Source: Bacteroidia bacterium (GTDB taxonomy: Bacteria; Bacteroidota; Bacteroidia; SpSt-205). Taken from it: a DNA stretch of 64,000 bases. This document shows, one piece after another, positions 39,627 to 50,281 of the stretch (position 1 is its first letter; each line of letters starts with the position of its first letter). The stretch is from the NCBI GenBank assembly GCA_026413325.1, contig JANZYW010000001.1, positions 1,616-65,615 on the forward strand, read 5' to 3'. The notes below the pieces were generated by a model, which saw only the letters and a list, made by a program, of their open reading frames with translations, was not told the DNA's origin and did no database searches. A program made the translations under genes and the position numbers.

Positions 39627-40645
39627 AAATACCTATTCATACTGCGAGTCAAATAGCTGATATCTTAGGGTGCTCTTTGATGGGTGATCCTGCTGTGCCC
39701 GTATCAGGCATCAATGAGATCCATCGCGTCGGACCAGGCGACCTCACCTTTACAGATGTGCCAAAGTATCTGCGGCGTGCCATCGAGAGTCCTGCTTCCG
39801 TCATACTGGTCAACCAAGAAATCGACCCTCCTCCTGGGAAAGCGTTGCTTCTCACTCCCTTCCCCTTTCGAGATTTCAATCGCCTTTTAGAACACTTTCA
39901 ACCAACTTTACCCCCAAGCTTCACCCATACTTCCACTTCTTTTGAAGGAGTCCGAATAGGAGAAAATGTAGTCATCGGAGAAGGAACTTATATCGAGCCC
40001 GGCTGTAGCATTGGACACAATGTAGTCATTGGGCCCCATTGCTACATTGGCCGTAATACCCTTATCTATCCGAACGTAACCATCGGAGCCTACACCTATA
40101 TCGGCAGTCAGGTGGTAATCCAGTCAGGATGTGTGATTGGAGGAGAAGCGTTTTACTATAAACGCAACCCAGCTGGATCAGAAAGGCTTCTAAGCAAGGG
40201 AAGGGTCGTCATTGGAGACTTTGTAGAAATAGGGGCAAATACGACCATAGACCGGGGAGTCACTTCAGATACGTATATAGGCGACCACACTAAGATCGAT
40301 AATCTCGTCCAGATCGGGCATGACACTTTTATCGGTCGAAACTGCCAGATCGCCGCTCAAGTAGGCATAGCCGGTGCTTGCGTTATAGAAGATGGGGTTA
40401 TCCTTTGGGGGCAGGTGGGGATACCCAGTGGCATCCGCATCGGAGCGAAAGCCACCGTGCTCGCTAAATCAGGCGTTCTTACCTCCTTAGAGGGAGGTAA
40501 AGTCTACTTCGGTTTTATTGCCAAGGAAGTCAAGAAGGCCTGGCGGGAAATAGCCTCTATGGGACGGCTCCCACGGTTGCTTCGGGCGTTAGAACCTCCC
40601 AGCGTAAATGGGCACTCGCATGACGAGCTTCCCTTCCCGTCTTAG
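39623..40645 (+). CDS. lpxD: UDP-3-O-acylglucosamine N-acyltransferase.
   Basis: N-terminal LpxD-like domain, then a long left-handed beta-helix of hexapeptide repeats (VVIGEGTYIEPGCSIGHNVVIGPHCYIG…). Start set at MKIPIHT; the ATGA overlap with dcd fits. The ORF is open from 39428. Confidence 0.85.
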   Translation: MKIPIHTASQIADILGCSLMGDPAVPVSGINEIHRVGPGDLTFTDVPKYLRRAIESPASVILVNQEIDPPPGKALLLTPFPFRDFNRLLEHFQPTLPPSFTHTSTSFEGVRIGENVVIGEGTYIEPGCSIGHNVVIGPHCYIGRNTLIYPNVTIGAYTYIGSQVVIQSGCVIGGEAFYYKRNPAGSERLLSKGRVVIGDFVEIGANTTIDRGVTSDTYIGDHTKIDNLVQIGHDTFIGRNCQIAAQVGIAGACVIEDGVILWGQVGIPSGIRIGAKATVLAKSGVLTSLEGGKVYFGFIAKEVKKAWREIASMGRLPRLLRALEPPSVNGHSHDELPFPS

Positions 40646-41231
40646 GGCCCTCTTCGGGGTATTCTTTCGCTATTTTCTCCGCGGCGTTTTTCTCTTCCTA
40701 CCCGCTCTGGCTACATTCTATGTACTGTGGCTTATCCTGAGCTGGTTAGACAACATCCTCCCCACGGGATTTCCGGGGCTTGGTATAGTCCTTCTCGTGG
40801 TGTGCCTTACCCTACTGGGCTATATTGGAACCCACTGGTTGGGTCCGACTCTCATCGTCGCTGTAGAAGAGCGCATTCGGAAAGTACCCTTTATCGGATT
40901 TATCTACAGCTCCGTACGCGAGCTGGTAGAAAGCTCTCAGCGGTCTTTTCGATTTGACCGACCCGTGCTGGTCCGGACCAATCCTGCGACTCAGACTTAC
41001 CAGATTGGCTTCCTCACTCATGAGCAGCCCCTCACAGACCGCCCTCTCGTCGCTGTATATATTCCCTACTCCTTTGGATTCATGGGCGACCTGGTCTTCG
41101 TCCCAGCCGATCAAGTGGAGCATTTACCCCTGAAAAGCTCAGAGGCTCTCCGCTTTGTAATCGCCGGAGGGCTGATTTCGGGTCGGAATTCAGGAGAGAA
41201 AAAAGAGGCATCCGCCCCAGATGACAGGTGA
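40620..41231 (+). CDS. DUF502-family small membrane protein.
   Basis: Two N-terminal TM helices (LFLPALATFYVLWLILSWL; GLGIVLLVVCLTLLGYIG) then a soluble domain, the typical DUF502 layout. Confidence 0.5.
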   Translation: MTSFPSRLRALFGVFFRYFLRGVFLFLPALATFYVLWLILSWLDNILPTGFPGLGIVLLVVCLTLLGYIGTHWLGPTLIVAVEERIRKVPFIGFIYSSVRELVESSQRSFRFDRPVLVRTNPATQTYQIGFLTHEQPLTDRPLVAVYIPYSFGFMGDLVFVPADQVEHLPLKSSEALRFVIAGGLISGRNSGEKKEASAPDDR

Positions 41232-41796
41232 GCCCCAGTGGATTTGGGAGCATCCGCTTCTACGCATTGAGGAGTTGTACACGTCAGAGGGGGAAAAACG
41301 CCTCATCGTTCATCGAGGGAGCTTCGCAGCAGTTTGCCTCCACCTTGTTACCCCCTCTGGAGAAGACGCTTTTCTACTTATTCGCCAACGACGCCCCACT
41401 GCGGAAACGGAGTTCTATGAGCACCCTGCCGGGATGCTGGAGCCCAACGAGGCTCCTGTGGAAGCCGCTTTGCGCGAGATAGCCGAGGAAACGGGCTGGC
41501 TTCTAAGTGCAGAGGATCTAATAGCCCTTTTTCCCCATCCTCTGTACCCTTCCCCTGCTTTCTGGAAGGAGAAAGGATATTTTTACGCTGCTCGATTGCA
41601 GGTACCTCCGGCCGTACTCACCGCCTACAAACATCCCGTAGAGCGGCTTGCCGATCAAGAACGCCTGCACCTGGTAGCCATCCCCCCCCAGCGAGTCTGG
41701 ATTCTCACTCAAAACCTCCAAACGATAGCTCATACCCTTCTTTACTATGCCTATCTCGGTACTCCTTACCGAATCTTATCATCCGACTCTCCTTGA
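41221..41796 (+). CDS. NUDIX hydrolase.
   Basis: Nudix box GMLEPNEAPVEAALREIAEETG. Confidence 0.8.
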   Translation: MTGEPQWIWEHPLLRIEELYTSEGEKRLIVHRGSFAAVCLHLVTPSGEDAFLLIRQRRPTAETEFYEHPAGMLEPNEAPVEAALREIAEETGWLLSAEDLIALFPHPLYPSPAFWKEKGYFYAARLQVPPAVLTAYKHPVERLADQERLHLVAIPPQRVWILTQNLQTIAHTLLYYAYLGTPYRILSSDSP

Positions 41797-42703
41797 GTCA
41801 CTTCGGCAGTGGACTGACATTTCGTTCATACACCTCCCTCATCCGACCCTCGAAGAACTGCAAGCTCACCTTCGCCACACAACGGCATGGATCCTACGAG
41901 GACAGTTCCCCGTGACCCCTTCCCTTTTAGAGTATGCGCCGCATCTTCAAGTTATCATTCGAGCTGGCTCAGGGACAGAACACATCGATAAGGAGGCCCT
42001 CGCACAAAGAAAAATCACTCTCCTCAGTACTCCCCATGCCAATGCCGCCTCCGTGGCAGAATACGTAGTGGGGGCTCTGCTTGCCCTTGCTCATCGTATG
42101 CTCCCTGCTCATCATTTCCTCAGAGAACAGGATGCATGGTTGCGGAAAGAGCACATCGGCCGAGAAATCGCCTCCCTTACAATCGGTCTCATTGGTTTTG
42201 GGCATACGGGCAGTCGAACTGCTTTCCTTCTCAAGCAGTTAGGAGCAGAGGTGCTGGTGTATGACAAGTATAAATCTGGTTTCGGCGGACAGGGCATCGT
42301 AGAAGTTCCACTCGAGACTCTCTGGGAGAGAGTAGACGTGCTCTCACTCCATATTCCCCTCACACAGGAAACGCAAAAGTGGATAGATCAGACATTCCTC
42401 TCCCGGTTCCGGCGTCGGATCGCGCTTATCAATACCTCACGGGGGGGTATTATTTCCCTACCAGCCTTGGCCTCCGCTCTACAAGAGGGCACTATCTGGG
42501 GAGCCGCATTAGATACCTTTCCTGTCGAGCCCCCTTATACTCTCTCGGCCGCAGAAAGGGAAGCCTGGACATACCTCCGAAACCATCCAGCTGTACTCCT
42601 CACCCCTCATATCGCAGGTCTGACAGAAGAGAGTGAACTACGCCTCGCTCAAAGCGTATTGGGTGCGCTGCACAGCTTTTTGCACCGCTATCCCCACCCC
42701 TAA
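41747..42703 (+). CDS. D-isomer-specific 2-hydroxyacid dehydrogenase family protein.
   Basis: NAD-binding GxGxxG (IGLIGFGHTGSRTA). Catalytic-domain blocks (NTSRGGII…ALDTFPVEP…LLTPHIAG). Confidence 0.8.
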   Translation: MPISVLLTESYHPTLLESLRQWTDISFIHLPHPTLEELQAHLRHTTAWILRGQFPVTPSLLEYAPHLQVIIRAGSGTEHIDKEALAQRKITLLSTPHANAASVAEYVVGALLALAHRMLPAHHFLREQDAWLRKEHIGREIASLTIGLIGFGHTGSRTAFLLKQLGAEVLVYDKYKSGFGGQGIVEVPLETLWERVDVLSLHIPLTQETQKWIDQTFLSRFRRRIALINTSRGGIISLPALASALQEGTIWGAALDTFPVEPPYTLSAAEREAWTYLRNHPAVLLTPHIAGLTEESELRLAQSVLGALHSFLHRYPHP

Positions 42704-43894
42704 CGCTACCCAGTACATCCCGTACAACCGATGTCGAGCCAAAGTACCCCAATAAGGCATGGCCATCGCCGCTACACCCACGATATAGAGCCCCACCGCC
42801 ACCAAAACAAGGGAAACAAAGGACCACCCCTCTCGACGAAACGACCATCGGCTCCAGTAGCCGAATAAACCCACTCCGGTCCACACTTCGACAGCATACA
42901 GAAGGAGAAGCCCCTTATCTATTTGCCAAGGAAGAGGCCCAGCAAAACCATACAAAAGCGCTTCTATCCATCCAAGCCAACCCTTATCAGGGGCTGAAAA
43001 AAGCTTCAGTTGAAAATAACTACTCGTTTGCAGCTCAGGGTGCATACCCACATCCAATGCTTCTAACCGATACTGATACGCCCACGGACCTAAAAAGAAC
43101 TGCAGCGCAAGCAGTCCAGCCAGACTGGCAACCCCTGCTACCCACACAGAAGCCCATCTGCAAACCAAACCTACCCCTATTCCTACCCCCAAAGCTTCTT
43201 CCCGTAAAACTAACAGCAGCAACCCAGCCCCTATTCCGCCCCATACATCCCGCCTCTCTCGAAAAGACGCCACCCAGCCAGCTAAATATAAAGTCGCTGG
43301 TAAAGCAAACGTATCCCGGATGGCACCTGAAAGCCACAAAAGAGCACTAGGCCAGAGAAACCAAAAAATCCAAAAGATGGAAGGGAGCGAATAAATCTTT
43401 TCCCAACGACGATAGGCTGCGTAACTCAGCAATCCACCCAAAACACCACAAAGCCCCTGTAAGCCATAATAACTTCCCCCTGCAGCGATATAGAGAGGCA
43501 CTAAAAGGCGATAGAAATGATAATTACTCGGCTCACTCCATTCATAGTCATAGCCATAGAACTGCATATCTCTGAAAAATACCTGCCACCCCAACGCCTC
43601 CCATTGAGGAGAAAATTCTCGAAAAAGGAGCGCAAGCCCAGTCAAAGGGTCCTCCCACATATAAGAGACCAGCCGATGTGCAGTAAGATAGGCTTTCAAG
43701 GTATCTCCATGACAATAGTACCTTGCATATAACCATCCAAAAGCCCAGGCCGCTCCTATCTTCGCCACTAATACCCCGTAAACCCAAATCGGTTTTCTGT
43801 GCCATTCGAGCCAATAAGCAACAAACCCCAACCAGACACCCACCAATCCAAATCCCCACAGCTCGCGCTCGGGGTTTAGCACTAGCATGGCCAA
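42638..43894 (-). CDS. Polytopic integral membrane protein of unknown function, possibly glycosyltransferase-like (GT39/DUF2029 type).
   Basis: More than 10 hydrophobic segments, rich in Trp and Tyr. The family assignment is a guess. Confidence 0.35.
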   Translation of the reverse strand: MAMLVLNPERELWGFGLVGVWLGFVAYWLEWHRKPIWVYGVLVAKIGAAWAFGWLYARYYCHGDTLKAYLTAHRLVSYMWEDPLTGLALLFREFSPQWEALGWQVFFRDMQFYGYDYEWSEPSNYHFYRLLVPLYIAAGGSYYGLQGLCGVLGGLLSYAAYRRWEKIYSLPSIFWIFWFLWPSALLWLSGAIRDTFALPATLYLAGWVASFRERRDVWGGIGAGLLLLVLREEALGVGIGVGLVCRWASVWVAGVASLAGLLALQFFLGPWAYQYRLEALDVGMHPELQTSSYFQLKLFSAPDKGWLGWIEALLYGFAGPLPWQIDKGLLLLYAVEVWTGVGLFGYWSRWSFRREGWSFVSLVLVAVGLYIVGVAAMAMPYWGTLARHRLYGMYWVALGVGIAVQKAVQRTQYALSEA

Positions 43895-43917
43895 AGTTAT
43901 CTATCTTTTATGCGTTT

Positions 43918-45456
43918 ATGCTCATAAAAGTACCTGCTGCAGCCCTGTATGGGGTATATGCATACCCTGTAACCGTGGAGGTCAATCTCTCACCGGGTCT
44001 GGGATATGCCATCGTAGGCCTGCCAGATAATGCCGTAAAAGAAAGCAGAGAGCGGGTGGAAACAGCTATTCGTAACTGTGGATTTCAGTTTCCTCGGGGG
44101 AAAATCATTATCAATCTTTCTCCTGCGGATCTTCGGAAAGAGGGAACAGCCTATGACCTTCCTATCGCCGTGGGCATCTTAGCGGCATCATATCAAATAC
44201 AAGGAGAAGAATGGGGAAGCACTCTTATCATGGGCGAGCTTTCATTGGACGGAAGCCTCATGCCGATTCGTGGAGCTCTCCCCATCGCTATAGCTGCTCG
44301 AAAGCAAGGCATCCCCCGACTCATCCTCCCTCCCTCTAATGCAGGAGAAGCAGGAGTCGTTCGAGACATTCAAATATATGCTCCTCAGAATCTCCGACAA
44401 ACTGTGGCATTCCTCAACAGAGAAATAGAACTGCCAGCGATCTTCGTGGATGCCCGCTCTCTCTTCCAGAAGGGGCCTCGAAGCGCAGAAGTAGACATGA
44501 GTGAAGTACGCGGACAGATGCAAGCCAAAAGAGCATTGGAAATCGCTGCAGCAGGAGGCCATAATATCTTGCTAATAGGCCCTCCAGGAGCAGGGAAAAC
44601 CATGTTAGCCCAACGACTGCCAACTATCCTCCCCTCCCTCACTTTAGAGGAAGCACTCGAGACAACACGCATCCACTCGGTCGCAGGATTACTGAGAGAC
44701 CACCGAGGCCTGGTTACCCAGCGACCCTTTCGGGCCCCCCACCACACCATTAGCGACATCGCTCTGGTGGGGGGAGGCACCTACCCCATGCCAGGAGAGA
44801 TAAGCTTGGCCCATAATGGAGTCCTCTTCTTAGACGAACTACCCGAATTCAAACGACAGGTTCTGGAGGTCCTGCGGCAGCCTCTCGAGGAGCATAAGAT
44901 TACCATCGCTCGAGCCCGATTTCGAGTAGAATATCCTGCTCGATTTATGCTGGTCGCTGCCATGAATCCCTGTCCATGCGGGTATTATACCCATCCCACC
45001 CGAAGTTGTTCCTGCCCTCCCGGTGCCGTACAGCGATATACAGCCCGGATCTCGGGGCCCCTTTTGGATAGAATCGACCTGCACATCGCCATAAGTCCCG
45101 TCGAAAGCCAAACCCTTATGGACACCGCTCCTCGAGAAAGCAGCGAAACTATCCGTAATCGCATCGAAGAAGCAAGAAAAAGACAAGAGCACCGATTCGG
45201 AGAAATCCCTACCGTCCATACCAATGCACAGATGCCCCCTAAACTCGTGGAGCAGGTTTGTCAGCTCACCGAACCGGGCCGTCGACTGTTAGAACAGGCG
45301 ATGAACCGGCTTCAGCTCTCCGCCCGTGCCTATGATCGAATCCTCAAGGTTGCTCGCACCATCGCAGACTTAGCAGGAAGCGATAGCATCCGCCCCGAGC
45401 ACCTGGCTGAGGCCCTTACCTATCGTACATTAGACCGAGGAAACTGGGGACTCTGA
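43918..45456 (+). CDS. comM: YifB/ComM-family Mg-chelatase-like AAA+ ATPase.
   Basis: N-terminal Lon-like domain (ALYGVYAYPVTVEVNLSPGLGYAIVGLPDNAVKESRERV). Walker A ILLIGPPGAGKTMLA. Walker B GVLFLDELPEF. Start taken at the internal ATG 43918; the ORF is open from 43723. Confidence 0.85.
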   Translation: MLIKVPAAALYGVYAYPVTVEVNLSPGLGYAIVGLPDNAVKESRERVETAIRNCGFQFPRGKIIINLSPADLRKEGTAYDLPIAVGILAASYQIQGEEWGSTLIMGELSLDGSLMPIRGALPIAIAARKQGIPRLILPPSNAGEAGVVRDIQIYAPQNLRQTVAFLNREIELPAIFVDARSLFQKGPRSAEVDMSEVRGQMQAKRALEIAAAGGHNILLIGPPGAGKTMLAQRLPTILPSLTLEEALETTRIHSVAGLLRDHRGLVTQRPFRAPHHTISDIALVGGGTYPMPGEISLAHNGVLFLDELPEFKRQVLEVLRQPLEEHKITIARARFRVEYPARFMLVAAMNPCPCGYYTHPTRSCSCPPGAVQRYTARISGPLLDRIDLHIAISPVESQTLMDTAPRESSETIRNRIEEARKRQEHRFGEIPTVHTNAQMPPKLVEQVCQLTEPGRRLLEQAMNRLQLSARAYDRILKVARTIADLAGSDSIRPEHLAEALTYRTLDRGNWGL

Positions 45457-46005
45457 CCCCCACCGAGCCGAGGGTACCTCTAAACCCAGCAGGTCCAAAA
45501 CTCGCACTACCACAGTATCCACCAAACCCAAAATATCTGAAGGACGCCCATAAAAAGAGGGCATCGCTGGCAAAACAATCGCTCCTAATCTCGTAAGAGC
45601 CAGCAGATTCTCTAAATGCCCTGCATGCAAAGGGGTTTCACGCGGTACAAGGATAAGCCTTCGGCGTTCCTTTAGCATCACATCCGCAGCTCGAGTTATC
45701 AAATCATCCGAAATCCCTCCGGCGATCCTTCCCACCGTGCCCATTGAACAAGGAATAATAACCATCGCTTCATAGCGAGACGAACCGGAAGCAAATGGAG
45801 CGAAGTAGTCTTTCGCAGCGTAACAAGGAAAGTCCCGTGGCATTGGCTGCTGAAGCTCCCATTCCCACACAGTGGGGGCATTTTCAGAGAAAACCACCCC
45901 CACCTCCAAGGGCTGCTTCTCCCGAAGGGAACGAAACCAGTCTAGCAAGCGAGCTGCATAGAGACTGCCACTGGCGCCCGTGACTGCCACGACCAACCGC
46001 TTCAT
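45430..46005 (-). CDS. ubiX: Flavin prenyltransferase UbiX/Pad1.
   Basis: MKRLVVAVTGASGSLYAARLL N-terminus and overall flavoprotein pattern, about 190 aa. Confidence 0.8.
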   Translation of the reverse strand: MKRLVVAVTGASGSLYAARLLDWFRSLREKQPLEVGVVFSENAPTVWEWELQQPMPRDFPCYAAKDYFAPFASGSSRYEAMVIIPCSMGTVGRIAGGISDDLITRAADVMLKERRRLILVPRETPLHAGHLENLLALTRLGAIVLPAMPSFYGRPSDILGLVDTVVVRVLDLLGLEVPSARWGSESPVSSV

Positions 46006-46691
46006 AGAGCAAGGAGAAAACCTACTTCCCAAGAAGGGGGACGAGGATATAGGCGCCCTGTGGGTTCATATATTTCTTTAGGGACAAGAGATAAAAGGTG
46101 GTAATACACACTCGCCCCTATCCACTGCCTACCTACTCCCACATATACCCCCCCTTGCCAAGGACTGAAAAGAGAAAGGCCTTCCCATCGAACTTTTTCC
46201 GTACGTCCTTCTCGAACTGCGACATATTTTAGGCTGCTACCGAGTCGCCGTTGAATCCACCCCCCAGCCTCTATCCAATAACGAGGAAATAGCTCTCCTG
46301 GACGCTCCTGCTGCCATCGGACTCCTCCCTGCAAAGACACAGCTCCTAACCGATATTTCAACCATCGATACCCCTCAGGCACCCGCTCTACATAGGGGAC
46401 CGTACTGGCGTTTGTCGCTCGCATCACTTGCCGATACCAGCTCAGGCCCGGTTGGAGGGTGATACCTATCCCTCTTCGAAACCGCCAATACCACGAAACC
46501 CCTAAACGGACATGCCCCGATAGCAATGGAACCAGGGGAAACGTATCGGTAAGGACAGGCTGCACGGGGAAGGTACGGCAAAAAACGACATCAAAGTTAA
46601 AATCCCTTTGAAAAAGGCGCTGCAAAGAATCCGATGGAAGAGACTGTCCCTTCGCCCAAATGCAAAATACGCCTACAAAAAGGTATCTCAC
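46002..46691 (-). CDS. Hypothetical secreted protein, possibly a small outer-membrane beta-barrel.
   Basis: Signal peptide [18 protein letters not shown]. Alternating aromatic/polar segments. No recognised domain. Confidence 0.35.
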   Translation of the reverse strand: MRYLFVGVFCIWAKGQSLPSDSLQRLFQRDFNFDVVFCRTFPVQPVLTDTFPLVPLLSGHVRLGVSWYWRFRRGIGITLQPGLSWYRQVMRATNASTVPYVERVPEGYRWLKYRLGAVSLQGGVRWQQERPGELFPRYWIEAGGWIQRRLGSSLKYVAVREGRTEKVRWEGLSLFSPWQGGVYVGVGRQWIGASVYYHLLSLVPKEIYEPTGRLYPRPPSWEVGFLLAL

Positions 46692-49195
46692 GAGGAAGGC
46701 GTCAGTTCGACAAGGGAGATCTCGATCGTAGAACCATCTTCTGACAGGTCCGCACGGAAGTTCGCTGGCCCTTGCACCTGATGAGCTATGACGGCATCCG
46801 CGAGCTTATCGGCGAGAAACCGTTGGATCGCTCGCTGCAACGGACGAGCCCCAAACTGCTCATCAAATCCTCTTTCGACGAGAAAGGTCTTGGCTCCTTC
46901 GCTTATCTCGAGCGTCCATCCATTCTCAGCTATTTGCTTTGCCAAGTCTCGAAGCTGTAGCTCCAAAATCTGGTGTGCATGCTCTCGAGTAAGCGGATTG
47001 AAGACGATAATATCATCGATTCGGTTGAGAAACTCCGGACGAAATACCTTTCGTAGGGCACCTTCCAGCACCTGCCGGGCAGCTTCCTGGCTCTTCTCTC
47101 GTCGAGCCGCAGTCATGAAACCAACCCCAGTACCGAACTCGCGCAGCTCACGAGCTCCTACGTTCGAGGTCATGATGATAACCGTATTCCTAAAGTCTAC
47201 TCGACGACCCAGCCCATCTGTAAGAGAACCATCATCCAGTACCTGCAGGAGAATATTGAATACGTCGGGGTGGGCTTTTTCTATCTCATCCAAAAGAACG
47301 ACACTATACGGTTTGCGCCGAACTTTTTCTGTGAGCTGTCCCCCTTCTTCATACCCTACATACCCGGGAGGAGCCCCAATCAGACGCGACACAGAAAATT
47401 TCTCCATGTACTCGGACATATCGATGCGAATAAGAGCATCGGGACCTTCGAACAAATACTCCGCCAGGGCACGTGCCAGCTCGGTCTTTCCTACCCCTGT
47501 CTGCCCCAAAAAGACAAATGAAGCTATTGGCTTGCGAGGATTTTTCAGACCCGCCCGAGCTCTCCGAATCGCACGGGTAACGCGCTCCACCGCCTCATCT
47601 TGCCCGATAATCCGAGATTTCAATACCTCTTGCATCTGGGCAAGCCGCTGCATGTCTCCTTCCCCAATTTTCTGGACTGGAATACCTGTCATGGAAGCGA
47701 CCACGACCGCAATGTCCTCCTCATCCACTTTAAATCGTTTATGCTTCAGTTCTTCTTCCCATCGGAGTTTCTCCGCCTCTAACTGCTCCTGCAATCGCTT
47801 CTCCGTATCTCGAAGCTGCGCCGCTTCCTCATAGCGTTGACTGCGCACCACCTGTGCTTTTCGCTCCCGCACTTCTTCGATCTTCGCCTCCAGCTCCGCG
47901 ATGCGAGGAGGGACTTGGATATTTGCCATATACACACGAGCCCCTGCCTCATCCAACACATCTAATGCCTTATCAGGAAACTGCCTATCGGTAATGTAGC
48001 GGCCACTGAGACGAACACACGCTTGGATGGCTTCATCCGTATAGTACACATGATGGTGTTCCTCGTACCTGTCTTTCAACTGATGAAGTATTTGTAAGGT
48101 TTCCTCTTCCGTGGGAGGATCTACCATGATTTTTTGGAAACGCCTTTCCAAAGCACCGTCTTTCTCGATATATTGACGATACTCATCGAGCGTAGTGGCT
48201 CCAATACATTGAATCTCCCCTCGAGCAAGGGCAGGCTTAAAGATGTTAGAGGCGTCGAGAGAGCCCGAAGCTCCCCCCGCTCCTACGATGGTATGTAACT
48301 CATCTATAAATAAGATTACGTCGGGCGCTTTTTCCAGCTCGGAAAGGACACTTTTCATACGCTCTTCGAACTGCCCTCTGTATTTCGTACCCGCTACGAG
48401 GGCAGTAAGATCCAACGCAATAATCCGCTTGCCAAAAAGAACCCGACTGACTTTTCTCTGGACGATTCGGAGGGCTAATCCTTCTACGATGGCGGTCTTC
48501 CCTACGCCAGGCTCCCCTATGAGAACCGGATTATTCTTTTTTCGGCGACTGAGAACTTGAGCCACTCGTTCGATCTCGCGCTCCCGCCCAATGACGGGGT
48601 CTAACTTTCCTTCTTCAGCTAACCGCGTTAGGTCCCTTCCAAAATTATCCAGGATAGGGGTACGAGAGCGCGACGCAGCTTTACCTGAGGAACTGCTGCT
48701 TCGACCTCCTCGAAGCGGGGGTTCCCCAGGCTCCAATGGCTCTGAAGTAGACATCCCAACTATCGGAGTCTGCTCCAGCTCTGCCTGTACGACCGAATAG
48801 GAAACGCTGTATTTCTCCAATAGTTGGGTAACTGGAGAATCAGCCTGTCGCAAAATAGCCAGGAGCAAATGCTCAGGTAACACTTCAGCAGACCGGAATC
48901 GATGAGCTTCCAAAGAGGCCTGGCGCAATACTTTTTCGACTTGCTTAGAGAGAGCGATACGCCCGGTGGTGACACGTGCTTGTGGGGGACGTACCCATTC
49001 CTCCAAAGACCGGCGGACCTCTCGGACAGGCACACCTAATGTGACGAGAAGCTGATGCACGGAGTTATCCTCCTCTTCTCGAAAAAGAGCCAGAGCGAGA
49101 TGCTCCACCCCCACATAATCGTTCCCCAGCCGTATCGCCTCTTCGCGACTCTGAGAAACGACTTCTCGAGCCCGTTGGGAAAACTCGGATTCCAT
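46688..49195 (-). CDS. clpC: Clp/Hsp100 AAA+ chaperone, ClpC-type (two AAA modules, short UVR-like middle domain).
   Basis: Clp_N repeats. First Walker [16 protein letters not shown]. Second Walker [16 protein letters not shown]. Middle domain of about 70 aa containing YEEAAQLRD (UVR-like), shorter than the ClpB coiled coil. Confidence 0.85.
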   Translation of the reverse strand: MESEFSQRAREVVSQSREEAIRLGNDYVGVEHLALALFREEEDNSVHQLLVTLGVPVREVRRSLEEWVRPPQARVTTGRIALSKQVEKVLRQASLEAHRFRSAEVLPEHLLLAILRQADSPVTQLLEKYSVSYSVVQAELEQTPIVGMSTSEPLEPGEPPLRGGRSSSSSGKAASRSRTPILDNFGRDLTRLAEEGKLDPVIGREREIERVAQVLSRRKKNNPVLIGEPGVGKTAIVEGLALRIVQRKVSRVLFGKRIIALDLTALVAGTKYRGQFEERMKSVLSELEKAPDVILFIDELHTIVGAGGASGSLDASNIFKPALARGEIQCIGATTLDEYRQYIEKDGALERRFQKIMVDPPTEEETLQILHQLKDRYEEHHHVYYTDEAIQACVRLSGRYITDRQFPDKALDVLDEAGARVYMANIQVPPRIAELEAKIEEVRERKAQVVRSQRYEEAAQLRDTEKRLQEQLEAEKLRWEEELKHKRFKVDEEDIAVVVASMTGIPVQKIGEGDMQRLAQMQEVLKSRIIGQDEAVERVTRAIRRARAGLKNPRKPIASFVFLGQTGVGKTELARALAEYLFEGPDALIRIDMSEYMEKFSVSRLIGAPPGYVGYEEGGQLTEKVRRKPYSVVLLDEIEKAHPDVFNILLQVLDDGSLTDGLGRRVDFRNTVIIMTSNVGARELREFGTGVGFMTAARREKSQEAARQVLEGALRKVFRPEFLNRIDDIIVFNPLTREHAHQILELQLRDLAKQIAENGWTLEISEGAKTFLVERGFDEQFGARPLQRAIQRFLADKLADAVIAHQVQGPANFRADLSEDGSTIEISLVELTPSS

Positions 49196-49198
49196 AAG

Positions 49199-50212
49199 CT
49201 ATGAGATAAGTAACAATATTCCTGCCAAAGTAGCCAAGTTGGCAATCCCTAAAGGTAGGAGCACTTTCCAGCCTATCCGCATGAGCTGGTCATACCGGAA
49301 ACGCGGGAGAGTCCACCGCACCCAAATGAATACAAAGGCCCAAAAAAGCGTTTTCAAGAGCAACCAGCTTACTCCCCAGACATTCTGCCACACAATCGGC
49401 CACCCTGACACACCCACCCAGCTTTCAAAAGGTCCTAAGTACCCTCCCCAAAAAAAGGTGGCAATAAGTGCAGAGGCAGTGATCATATTCATATATTCAG
49501 CTACGAAAAACGCCCCAAAACGAATAGCAGAATACTCTGTATGGTACCCTCCTACCAGCTCCTGTTCTGCCTCTACCAAGTCAAAGGGAGCTCGATTCGT
49601 CTCCGCAAACGCAGCTACGACATAAACAAGAAAACCAATGGGATTCAAAAAAACAAACCAGCCTTGCCGTTGTGCTTCTACGATGGCTTGCGGAGCAAGC
49701 GGATTCGCATCGGGAAGGAGAAAAGAAGTCAACAGAAGTACACTCAAGAGGGCTAAGCCCAAGGCAAGCTCATAAGAGATCATTTGTGCCCCACTGCGCA
49801 AGCCTCCCAATAGAGAATATTTACTCCCAGTAGCCCAACCCGCCAACGAAATACCATAGACACCCATGGAAAGAACTCCCAGCAGGTACAGTAGCCCTAT
49901 GCTCCCATCAAACAATCGTAGGTGAGGAGAAAGCGGCAAAATCGCAACAGCTCCCATAGCCAAAGCTACCATGAGAACAGGAGCAGCTATCTGCAAAAGC
50001 CGATAAGTGGAGGATGGTTGGAAGGCTTCCTTGAAAACCAGCTTAAGTACATCTGCAAGTGGCTGTAAAAGACCCTTGGGTCCCACCCGATTAGGGCCAA
50101 CCCGATCCTGTATGTAGGCAGATATTTTCCGTTCTGCCAGCGTAGCGTAAGCCGCTAACGTAAAGAAAACGGCTAATAAACCACCCAGTGTAAGCCAGAA
50201 GACAATGGGCAC
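49199..50212 (-). CDS. nuoH: NADH:quinone oxidoreductase subunit H (membrane, quinone-binding).
   Basis: [33 protein letters not shown] and [26 protein letters not shown] are signature NuoH/ND1 blocks. Confidence 0.88.
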   Translation of the reverse strand: MPIVFWLTLGGLLAVFFTLAAYATLAERKISAYIQDRVGPNRVGPKGLLQPLADVLKLVFKEAFQPSSTYRLLQIAAPVLMVALAMGAVAILPLSPHLRLFDGSIGLLYLLGVLSMGVYGISLAGWATGSKYSLLGGLRSGAQMISYELALGLALLSVLLLTSFLLPDANPLAPQAIVEAQRQGWFVFLNPIGFLVYVVAAFAETNRAPFDLVEAEQELVGGYHTEYSAIRFGAFFVAEYMNMITASALIATFFWGGYLGPFESWVGVSGWPIVWQNVWGVSWLLLKTLFWAFVFIWVRWTLPRFRYDQLMRIGWKVLLPLGIANLATLAGILLLIS

Positions 50213-50281
50213 GCAGCAAAGGTAAAAGAAAAAGCCCCTCTACTCAGGAGTAGAGGGGCACACCTCAGGAGTTACCTACGC

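Noticed and set aside
46788-47834. A 348-aa ORF on the plus strand.
   Set aside because: It lies entirely antisense to the strongly conserved clpC coding sequence. The product is Ser/Arg/Cys/Pro-rich with no motif, which is typical of GC-rich antisense frames.
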